From an uncultured Chloroflexia bacterium (GTDB lineage Bacteria > Chloroflexota > Limnocylindria > Limnocylindrales > CSP1-4), in contig CAWHYC010000007.1 in NCBI GenBank assembly GCA_963833535.1, forward strand, positions 9,972 to 73,971: a stretch of 64,000 bases of DNA, in the 5' to 3' direction. Under the pieces are notes generated by a model. That model was not told the DNA's origin, ran no database searches, and worked only from the letters and a program-made list of their open reading frames with translations. Positions 38,554-46,363 of this stretch are shown here, piece after piece (the first letter of the stretch is position 1; each line of letters starts with the position of its first letter). Position numbers and translations under genes: made by a program.

Positions 38554-39112
38554 ATGCAGGTGGATCGCGATCTCGTGGAGGCGGCACGCAACGGGGACCG
38601 GGAGGCATACGCCGACCTGATCCGTGCGCGTGGCGACCGGCTCTTCGCGATCGCGCAGCGGATCCTCCGCGACGTCGATCGGACCGAGGATGCCGTGCAG
38701 GACGCATTGGTGATCGCCTGGCGCGACCTGCCTGGACTCCGCGATCCGGACCGCTTCGACGCGTGGCTGCATCGCCTCCTCGTCCGATCCTGCGTGTCCG
38801 AGGCGACGCGTGAGCGCCGCCTCGTCGCCAACCTGCGCGTGCTCCCGGCGGACCTCCCGACCGGCACGGACGACTACCTGACCGTCGCCGACCGGGACCA
38901 GCTGGAGCGCGGCTTCCGACGCCTGCCACCGGAGCAGCGCGCCCTCCTCGTGCTGCGCCACTACGCGGGTACTGGAGCCGGCCGAGATCGCCGAGTCACT
39001 CGGCATCCCGGCCGGCACGGTCCGCTCCCGACTCCACCATGCCCACCGCGCGATGCGTGCCGCCCTCGAGGCGGATGCACGCGCGATCGCGATCGGAGGA
39101 CGCTCGGCATGA
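38554..39112 (+). pseudogene. ECF sigma factor, module 6, reading frame broken by a 1-nt insertion in region 4
   Basis: Regions 2 and 3 are intact up to LLVLRHYAG. After the extra a at about 38971, the listed frame reads junk and runs in frame into the partner gene (ORF 38554..39837). The +1 frame reads LEPAEIAESLGIPAGTVRSRLHHAHRAMRAALEADARAIAIGGRSA-stop, with TGA at 39110..39112. The likely start is GTG 38560. Confidence 0.75.
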
Positions 39113-39837
39113 CACGCGACCGTGACATCGAGCGCGTCCTCGAGCACTGGCTGAGCGACGGCGTCAACGAGATGCCCGATCGCGTCTACCAGTCGATCTT
39201 CGATCGCGTCGAGCGCCAGCCCCAGGCCATCGCACCGCGCCTCCTTCGGAGGCTTCCCGCCATGAACGGTTCATTGCGCTGGATCGCGGCCGCCGCGGCC
39301 GTCATCCTCATCGCCGTCGTCGGCTTCGCCATCGTCGGCCGCCCATCCGACTCCGGCATCGGCACGCAGCCGACCGCGGTGCCACCGACCGCGGCGCCAT
39401 CTCCGACAGCCACGGCGACCGTGGCCGCCCCATCGCCGTCCGTCGAGGTCGGGGTTCCGGGGGCCTGCGATCTGATGTCCGACACCGAGGCCGCCGGTGC
39501 ACTGCACGCTTTGACGACCGTCATCGGCCTGCCGCCAAACGGTGAAGACCCTGCGGTCCCGAACCGGTACTGCATCTACATGGTCGGTGACGCGCAGCTC
39601 GTGACGCTTCAGTACGAGAAGGAGGACGGCGTATCGATCTTCGACACCTGGAGGTCGCAGACGGGGGTGCAGCCCGTGCCCGGCCTTGGCGACGGCGCCG
39701 TGTGGGATCCGGTCCAGACGACCCTGCACATCCTGAAGGGATCGAGACTCGTCTCGATTTCGTCGAACGAAGGCGCCCCGCCGATGACGCTCGAGACAGC
39801 AAAGGCGATCGCGGCGATCGTGCTCGGGCGCATGTAG
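39109..39837 (+). CDS. single-pass membrane partner of sigma-6, small outer domain
   Basis: The ATG overlaps the restored sigma stop (ATGA). N-terminus is IERVLEHWLSDGVNEMPDRVY...RQPQ...RRLPAMNGS, then a TM helix. Confidence 0.7.
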   Translation: MTRDRDIERVLEHWLSDGVNEMPDRVYQSIFDRVERQPQAIAPRLLRRLPAMNGSLRWIAAAAAVILIAVVGFAIVGRPSDSGIGTQPTAVPPTAAPSPTATATVAAPSPSVEVGVPGACDLMSDTEAAGALHALTTVIGLPPNGEDPAVPNRYCIYMVGDAQLVTLQYEKEDGVSIFDTWRSQTGVQPVPGLGDGAVWDPVQTTLHILKGSRLVSISSNEGAPPMTLETAKAIAAIVLGRM

Positions 39838-39931
39838 GAGGACGCCGTCCCACGGCTGACACTGTTGCAGTTGACCGGGACAGGAGCGCGGGAGCCTGAC
39901 TACAGGTTGCCGCGCTTCGCCTAAGCATCGA

Positions 39932-39962
39932 GGCCCGCCGGGCGACCGGCGGGCCTCTTCTC
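39932..39962 (+). terminator. intrinsic terminator after module 6
   Basis: GGCCCGCCGG-gcga-CCGGCGGGCC, a perfect 10-bp stem, followed by TCTTCTC. Confidence 0.6.
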
Positions 39963-39985
39963 GTCGCCACCCCCGAGCGCCAAGA

Positions 39986-40020
39986 TTGAACGACGAGCCC
40001 TTCGGCACGACCGATAGGAG
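39986..40020 (+). promoter_or_regulatory. shared ECF-family upstream motif, copy 6
   Basis: TTGAACG-N21-GATAGGAG, then a leader GGACGGCGTCCCCGATGGGCGCC paralogous to copy 5. Confidence 0.45.
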
Positions 40021-40035
40021 TGGACGGCGTCCCCG

Positions 40036-40614
40036 ATGGGCGCCACTCGAGGAGCGAGACAGGTGGATCGCGATCTCGTGGAGCAGGCCCAGGCCGGGGA
40101 TCGGGAGGCGTACGTCGACCTGATCCGCGGCCGGAGCGACCGGCTCTTCGCCATCGCCTACCGCGTGCTCCGTGACGTCGATCGGGCCGAGGATGCCCTG
40201 CAGGATGCGCTGGTCATCGCCTGGCGAGACCTGCGTGGGCTCCGCGATGCGGACCGCTTCGACGCCTGGCTGCACAAGGTGCTCGTCAACACCTGTATCG
40301 CCCACGCGACGCGCGAGCGCCGCCGCATGGTCAACCTCCAGGTGCTGCCGGTCGACGGACCGGAGGGCCCGGACACGACCCTTTCCGTGGCTGATCGAGA
40401 CCAGCTCGCACGCGGGTTCCGACGGCTGCCGCCCGACCAGCGGGCGATCCTCGTGATGAACCACTACCTGGGCTACAGCCCGGCCGAGATCGCCGACACG
40501 CTCGGCATCCCGCCGGGTACGGCCCGCTCCCGACTCCACCATGCCCACCGCGCCATGCGGGCCGCCCTGGAGGCGGACGCTCGGACCGTCGCCATCGGAG
40601 GTCGTTCAGCATGA
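40036..40614 (+). CDS. ECF sigma factor, module 7
   Basis: Close paralog of module 6. The ATG at 40036 is not conserved in the paralog (gctggg). The shared start is probably GTG 40063, 9 nt after GAGGAG. Confidence 0.9.
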   Translation: MGATRGARQVDRDLVEQAQAGDREAYVDLIRGRSDRLFAIAYRVLRDVDRAEDALQDALVIAWRDLRGLRDADRFDAWLHKVLVNTCIAHATRERRRMVNLQVLPVDGPEGPDTTLSVADRDQLARGFRRLPPDQRAILVMNHYLGYSPAEIADTLGIPPGTARSRLHHAHRAMRAALEADARTVAIGGRSA

Positions 40615-41990
40615 CGAACGAACGTGACATCGATCGTCTGCTCGACCACTGGCTGAGCGACGGCCCGACCGAGGTCTCGGACCGCGTCGTGCTCGACGTC
40701 GCGGACCGGATCGAACGCCAATCCCAGCGACCTGCGTGGCGCTTCCCTCGGAGGCCCACCATCATGACCAGCTCCGTCCGCTGGGCCGCGGTCCTCGTGG
40801 CCCTTGCGCTCATGGCCGTCGTCGGTTTCGCCGTTCTCGGCCGCCCATCCGACTCTGGCATCGTCGGCGTGTCGCCGTCCGATAGCTCCGCACCGACCGA
40901 CTCGCCCGGTGCATCAAACGACTCGACCCCCACAGCATCACCGGAAGGCCCACTCGGCGGCGGCCTTATCCTCGCCCACGAACGTGGGAAGGAGGGCGCG
41001 CTGGGCGTCTACCTGCTGGACGCTGGCACCGGCGAGCGGACGCTCCTCGGGACGCTGCCGGCGAGACCCCTCTACTCGCGGCCGTATAGCCTCCAATGGA
41101 CTGCCGACCACAAGCATGTCTTGATCGCTGATGGACTCGTCGGCAGACGCGTCAGGACCCTTGATGGCCCCACGGCGGCAGCCGACGGCATCACGTTCGC
41201 GTGTTGCCCTCCGGTGGTTCAAAAGGCCGCCGATCCCGACTTCCGGGGCTGGGTCATGTCGCCGCAGGGCGATCGGCTCGCCGGCCGTCGCCTGGTCGAT
41301 TTCACCGGGATCGGGAGCGTCGATGACGCGGTCGCCATCTTCGATGTCGAAGCCGCGACCGTGCGGATCCTTGCGATGCCCTCGGGGACGCAGCTGTTGC
41401 AGTGGATCGCGCCCTGGTCGCCAGACGGCACGACCCTCGCGGTCGCCGGCTGCAACCCGTGCAACAACGCAGAGCGCCCAGAGGACCCACCGACCGCGAT
41501 CCAGCATCAGCACCTATACGTCGTGCCAGCCAACGGCGCGCCGGTGCGCGACCTCCTCGATGTCACTGCGGTGACGTTCGGAAGTCCGGCCTGGTCACCG
41601 GATGGTTCGACCATCGCCATCGTGTACAGCGCGTGCCGACCCGGAGAGCAGCCGCCGTACTGTTCTGGAGGGACAAGGCAGATCGTGAGTGTCAAGGATG
41701 GTCAACGATCCGTCCTCGCGGACACGGGCGATAACGTCGCGCCCCCTGTCTGGTCGCCGGACGGTCGGCGGATCGCGTTCAGCGATGATGACGGCGTCTT
41801 CGTCATGGACGCAGATGGCGGCCACAAGACCAGGCTCGCCGACGGCTCCACCCCGCGCTGGTCACCGGACAGCCAGTGGCTCTTGTACGAAGTCCCGGCC
41901 CCAGAGGGCGAGCCCGGCGACCTGTGGGTCGTCAGCGCCGACGGAGGCGAACCGCATCGCGTCGGTGCCTATCAGGCAGGCGCCTGGTGA
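40611..41990 (+). CDS. single-pass membrane partner of sigma-7 with TolB-like (PD40) beta-propeller
   Basis: ATGA overlap. N-terminus is IDRLLDHWLSDGPTEVSDRVV...RQSQRPAWRFPRRPTIM, then a TM helix. Repeats: WSPDGTTLAVAG / WSPDGSTIAIVY / WSPDGRRIAFSD / WSPDSQWLLYE. Confidence 0.75.
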   Translation: MTNERDIDRLLDHWLSDGPTEVSDRVVLDVADRIERQSQRPAWRFPRRPTIMTSSVRWAAVLVALALMAVVGFAVLGRPSDSGIVGVSPSDSSAPTDSPGASNDSTPTASPEGPLGGGLILAHERGKEGALGVYLLDAGTGERTLLGTLPARPLYSRPYSLQWTADHKHVLIADGLVGRRVRTLDGPTAAADGITFACCPPVVQKAADPDFRGWVMSPQGDRLAGRRLVDFTGIGSVDDAVAIFDVEAATVRILAMPSGTQLLQWIAPWSPDGTTLAVAGCNPCNNAERPEDPPTAIQHQHLYVVPANGAPVRDLLDVTAVTFGSPAWSPDGSTIAIVYSACRPGEQPPYCSGGTRQIVSVKDGQRSVLADTGDNVAPPVWSPDGRRIAFSDDDGVFVMDADGGHKTRLADGSTPRWSPDSQWLLYEVPAPEGEPGDLWVVSADGGEPHRVGAYQAGAW

Positions 41991-41999
41991 CCTCCGCGC

Positions 42000-43149
42000 T
42001 CAGTGCGCACGCGTGACCCGATAGATCGCGCCGGCCTTGTCGTCGGAGACGTAGAGCGCGCCGTCACTCCCGACGACGAGGCCGGCCGGCCGGCCGCTGG
42101 CGTCGCCGCTGGCATCGCCGAGGAAGCCGGTCAGGAAGGGTTCCAGCGCGCCGGACGGTCCTTCGGCTGACCACGGCAGACGCCCGACCGCGTAGCCGAC
42201 CTTCGTCGAGCGGTTCCAGGAGCCGTGGAAGGCGATGTACGCGTGGTCGTCCCAGAGTGCGATCCCCAGTGGCGCCATGTGCGCCTGGAAGGTGGCCGCC
42301 GGCTGAACGACGCCGTCGCAGCCCACGAGGCCCGTCGTCGGATCCGGCTGGGCGCCGAATTCGGGGTCCTCGATCGTGCCCGCGTGGCATCGGGGCCAAC
42401 CGGCGTTCGCCCCGTCCTCGACGCGGTAGAGCGTCTCCGGTGGCACGTCGTCGCCCAGCATGTCGCGTCCGTTGACGGTCGCCCAGGCGGTGCCCGCCGA
42501 ATTCGACGGCGATGCCGACGGCGTTCCGCAGGCCGTGCATGAGGACCCGCGAGTTCGAGCCGTCCGCGTCCGCGATCAGGATGGCGGCCCGTCGCGGATC
42601 CGCCTCCCAACAGTCGTTGCAGGTCGAACCGACGCTGACCAGCAGGTGGCCGTCCGGCAGCACGGCCACGGTCCGCGTGCTGTGGACCCCGCCCGGCGGC
42701 AGATCGAGGATGGCTCGCCGCGAGCGCTCGCGCAGGTCAGGCCCGAGCTCGACGGCGAAGAGCGTGCCGGTGCCGGCGACGTACATGGTGCCGTCGGCCG
42801 CGAAGGCCAGCGAGTGGGCGTTGTCGTAGCCGCTGCCGACGACGACCGTCTCGTCGGCGACCCCGTCGGCGTCGCGATCGGGAAGCGCCACCACGCGATC
42901 GTTGCCACGCTCGGCGACGAGCAGGGTCCCGTCGGGTGCGATGGCCATGAAACGCGGCCCGACCAGGCCGCTGGCGAACGGCTCCACGCTGTAGCCGGGA
43001 GGCACCTCCAATCCGCTCAGTCGGCCCGGACCGGTGTCGAAGCTGACGCCGGCCAGCCGCAGGACCTGGCCGCGGAAGAGCCACAGCAAGCCACCGATGA
43101 CGAGCACGGCGAGGACGCCGAAGAGAGCGAGGTTGACGATCCGTCGCAC
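42000..43149 (-). pseudogene. PQQ-dependent (sorbosone/glucose) dehydrogenase-like beta-propeller with one frame change
   Basis: ORF 42064..43149(-) reads up to HGLRNAVGIAVEFGG. ORF 42000..42461(-) continues (AWATVNGRD)MLGDDVPPETLYRVEDGANAGWPRCH...GALYVSDDKAGAIYRV. The junction is near 42492. Confidence 0.75.
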
Positions 43150-43214
43150 GGGTGCAGCCTAGCCGCGAGGGCGATGACGCGCCCGCGGCGCCGATGGCAC
43201 CCATCGAGGGCCGA

Positions 43215-44849
43215 TCAGGCGCTGGCGGCGCGGACCGCGACGGTCGAGGGGAAGGGTGGGGCGATGGCGCGGCCCGCCTTACCACGCCGCTTGACGGTAT
43301 ACATGGCCGAGTCGGCGGCCTGCAGGATGCGATCGAAGTTAGTGGCGGCCAGCGCCTCGCCCGGTCCGCCCGTGATGGCCAGGCCGATCGACGCGCTCAT
43401 CATCACACTCGTGCCGCGGACCCGGAAGGGGACCGCCATGGCGGTCAGGATGCGGTCGGCGACCAGCGCCGCCTCGTCAGGATCGGCCAGGTCCTCGAGC
43501 AGGATCGCGAACTCGTCGCCGTGCAATCGCGCCGGCGTGTCGCCGGGCCGTGTCGTGTACCGCAGCCGGTCGGCGACCTGCGCCAGGAGCTCATCCCCAC
43601 CGGCATGCCCGAACTGGTCGTTGACCTGCTTGAAGTCGTCCAGATCCACGTACAAGAGCGCGAGCATCTCGTCCGGCCGACGCCCGAGCCGCAGGATGGC
43701 GTGCTCGACGCGGTCCTCGAGGAGCCCGCCGTTGGGCAGGCCGGTCAGCGGATCGCTGAAGGCACGGACCCGCGTCTCTTCATAGAGGCGCGCGTTGTCG
43801 AGCAGGATGGCCGCCTCACCGGCGAGGACCTTGGCCAGCTCCAACCGTCGACCGTCGAACTGCTCGTGGGTGGCCGTGGTCAGCTCCACCGAGCCGATGG
43901 CCCGACCGCGGACGATGAGCGGGATCATGACCATCGAGCGCTGACCGATGGTGCGCAGGTAGGCGACCTCGTCGGGGTCCGCAGCGGGGTCGTCGACCTC
44001 GACCACCATCTCGATGCCCGTCTCGAGCAGCCGCCGCGTAGCCGGATAGTCGGCCAGGGGATAGCTCGGTTCGATCTCCGCGGCGCGTGATGCCGGGTGG
44101 TAGCCGGCGGTCAGCAGGCGGTCGCTGGCCTCGTCCCAGATGCAGATGCCGCATTCATCGGCGCCCATCGCGTCCGCGAGGTGGCGCGCCATACGCTGCC
44201 CGACCTCGGCCGGATCGAGCGTCTGCGCCAGGTCTCGGGACATGGCGGCCAGTCCGCTCAACTCTCCGAGTGCGTCCTTGAATCGACCGGCGAACTGGTA
44301 CAGCAGGAGGGTGGCGATGCCTGCCGCGGCCACCATCCCCGCCACCGCGAGGGCCCTGCTCAGCCAGCTCGGGAAGGGACTGGCACCGTCGGAGAGGACG
44401 ATGACGGCGACGCAGACCACGCTCGATACGCCGGCCAGCGCCATGAGCGATAGCAGCCTCGCGCGGTCCACGTAGGCGAGGGCGAAGAGGACGGCCAGAG
44501 TGGTCGCAGCGGCAAGGACACCGAACTCGGCCGGCTGGGTGACCACCGCCACGATATGGAAGGCGAGCATGCCAAGCGCGACGGCGAAGGCCTTGTCGGC
44601 GACCGAGCCGCGGTCGAGCGAGGGACGGACGACGAATCGGCACCAGATCGCGAACGTCGCCAGCGTGATCCCGGTCAGCGCCGGCCCCCAGGCGCGGAAC
44701 GCGACGGCCCCGATCAGCTCGACGATGGCGAAGGCAAGGACGATCAGTGTCAGCCAGCGCAAGAAGAAGGCCAGCTCGCGGCCCTGTCGGGAAGGGTCGA
44801 GCACGAAACGTGGATCGGTGATCGGGCGGAGCACGCGCATCGACGCCAC
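43215..44849 (-). CDS. membrane-anchored GAF-GGDEF protein (diguanylate cyclase-like; active-site motif reads HGDEF)
   Basis: N-terminal TM helices and a GAF-like middle. DPLTGLPN...DLDDFKQVNDQFGHAGGDELL...RPGDTPARLHGDEFAILL, where RPGD sits five residues before the motif (I-site position). Confidence 0.8.
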   Translation of the reverse strand: MASMRVLRPITDPRFVLDPSRQGRELAFFLRWLTLIVLAFAIVELIGAVAFRAWGPALTGITLATFAIWCRFVVRPSLDRGSVADKAFAVALGMLAFHIVAVVTQPAEFGVLAAATTLAVLFALAYVDRARLLSLMALAGVSSVVCVAVIVLSDGASPFPSWLSRALAVAGMVAAAGIATLLLYQFAGRFKDALGELSGLAAMSRDLAQTLDPAEVGQRMARHLADAMGADECGICIWDEASDRLLTAGYHPASRAAEIEPSYPLADYPATRRLLETGIEMVVEVDDPAADPDEVAYLRTIGQRSMVMIPLIVRGRAIGSVELTTATHEQFDGRRLELAKVLAGEAAILLDNARLYEETRVRAFSDPLTGLPNGGLLEDRVEHAILRLGRRPDEMLALLYVDLDDFKQVNDQFGHAGGDELLAQVADRLRYTTRPGDTPARLHGDEFAILLEDLADPDEAALVADRILTAMAVPFRVRGTSVMMSASIGLAITGGPGEALAATNFDRILQAADSAMYTVKRRGKAGRAIAPPFPSTVAVRAASA

Positions 44850-44927
44850 GATGGGGCCACGGCATGCGTGGCGCCGTCCACCGAATGTACCGGTCGGGAC
44901 GGCGCTGGAGGTCGTGGGGCCGGCGCG

Positions 44928-45833
44928 TCAGGCCGGAGGCAGAGGGGCCGTCCCGGACGGCTGGACCGTGTGGCACGGATTGCGCAGCACGCCGATGCCT
45001 TCGATCTCGATCTCGACCACGTCACCGTCGCCCAGGAAGCGTTTCGGCTCGCGCCAGACCCCGACCCCGGATGGCGTGCCGGTCATGATCACGTCGCCCG
45101 GTTCGAGCGTGAACGCTCGCGACGCGTAGGCGATGATCTGGGCCACGCTGAAGATCATGTCGCGGGTGTGCCCGTCCTGGAGCGTCTCGCCAGAGACAGT
45201 GGCGCGCACGCGGAGGGCTTGCGGGTCGGGGATCTCGTCGCGCGTCACCATCCATGGACCGAGCGGGCAGAACGTGTCGAGGCTCTTGCCGCGGACCCAT
45301 TGGCGATCTCCGAATTGGAGGTCGCGCGCGGTGACGTCGTTGCCGCACGTGTAGCCGAGCACATAGTCGAGCGCCGATGCCTCCGTGACCTCGCGCGCTC
45401 GGCGCCCGATGACACAGGCTAACTCCGCCTCGAAGTCGACCTGTGACGTGAGCGCCGGGTCCCAGGTGATGGCCGCCCCGGTCCCGATGACGCTGGTCGG
45501 GAACTTGGCGAAGATGAGCGGCGCCTTCGGCGGCTCGACGTTCTGCTCGATCGCGTGAGCGTGGTAGTTGAGGCCGATGGCCACGATCTTGCCGGGCCGC
45601 GTGACCGGCGCCAGGATCGTCAGTGCGTCGAGCGGCGCCCCCGAGCCGCTGATCTGGTCGGCCTGGCGCGCCACCGCTTCGCGCAAGCCATCGAGGAGCT
45701 CGGAGCCGCCCGCCAGCAGGTCGGCCATCGTCTTGGGGCCGCTGTTCATGAGCGCCACGGCCGGCGTGGCTCGCTCGCCGACGACGACCCCGACGCGTTC
45801 CTCCCCGTTGTCCGCGACGCTGATCAGTCGCAC
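44928..45833 (-). CDS. fumarylacetoacetate hydrolase family protein (hydratase/decarboxylase type)
   Basis: KIVAIGLNYHAHA, DFEAELACVIG, GYTCGNDVTARDLQ, KSLDTFCPLGPW, PGDVIMTGTPSGVG. Confidence 0.85.
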   Translation of the reverse strand: MRLISVADNGEERVGVVVGERATPAVALMNSGPKTMADLLAGGSELLDGLREAVARQADQISGSGAPLDALTILAPVTRPGKIVAIGLNYHAHAIEQNVEPPKAPLIFAKFPTSVIGTGAAITWDPALTSQVDFEAELACVIGRRAREVTEASALDYVLGYTCGNDVTARDLQFGDRQWVRGKSLDTFCPLGPWMVTRDEIPDPQALRVRATVSGETLQDGHTRDMIFSVAQIIAYASRAFTLEPGDVIMTGTPSGVGVWREPKRFLGDGDVVEIEIEGIGVLRNPCHTVQPSGTAPLPPA

Positions 45834-45843
45834 GCGAGCGCGA

Positions 45844-46344
45844 CTAGCCGATCAGCGTGACGAGGTGGTGTGACAGGTCGCGCGCCGAGACCATGCCCGT
45901 CGCCCGCCCGCCGCTGACGAGCGGGATGTGGCGGAAGCCGCCCATGGCCATCTTGTGGATGGCGACCGCGATCGTGTCGTCGCCGCGCAGGACGACCGGA
46001 TCGGGCGTCATGACATCCTGGACGCGAACGCCCTCGAACGATCTACCGGCCAGCTTGAGCACGATGTCCCGCTCGGTCAGGATGCCGACCAGGCGGCCCG
46101 ATTCGACGACCACGCAGCCGATCCGGTGCTCCTGCATGAGCCGTACCGCTGCCGCCACGTCGTCGTCGGGCTTGACCGAGACCGGCTGGCGGGGGTTGAG
46201 CTCGGCCAGGTGCTCGGTCAGCAGCATCGCCCCGACGTCTCCGCCCGCGCCCGCCGGCAGGCCGGTCGAGCGCAGGTCGGCGCCGCAGTTCTCGCAGTCG
46301 TCGGAGCCGGCGATGTTGTCGAAGTGGCAGACGGGACAGATCAC
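45844..46344 (-). CDS. CBS-pair protein with N-terminal zinc ribbon
   Basis: MICPVCHFDN...CENCGADL, then two CBS motifs (GCVVVESGRLVGILTERDI; GFRHIPLVSGGRATGMVSARDL). Confidence 0.8.
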   Translation of the reverse strand: MICPVCHFDNIAGSDDCENCGADLRSTGLPAGAGGDVGAMLLTEHLAELNPRQPVSVKPDDDVAAAVRLMQEHRIGCVVVESGRLVGILTERDIVLKLAGRSFEGVRVQDVMTPDPVVLRGDDTIAVAIHKMAMGGFRHIPLVSGGRATGMVSARDLSHHLVTLIG

Positions 46345-46363
46345 GACGTCGCTCCCCGTCGAC

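Noticed and set aside
38554-39837. A genuine 427-aa sigma/anti-sigma fusion protein.
   Set aside because: The linker is 46 residues of frame-shifted region 4. A single-base removal restores the paralog-like sequence and the ATGA-coupled stop, so the fusion is a by-product of an indel rather than a designed architecture.
39904-39918. A 15-nt exact match (aggttgccgcgcttc) to the 3' end of hppD (37244..37258), in both places directly following a reverse-strand stop codon. This could be a relic of a duplicated hppD.
   Set aside because: There is no further similarity on either side. One or two 15-mer coincidences are plausible in 64 kb of biased composition.
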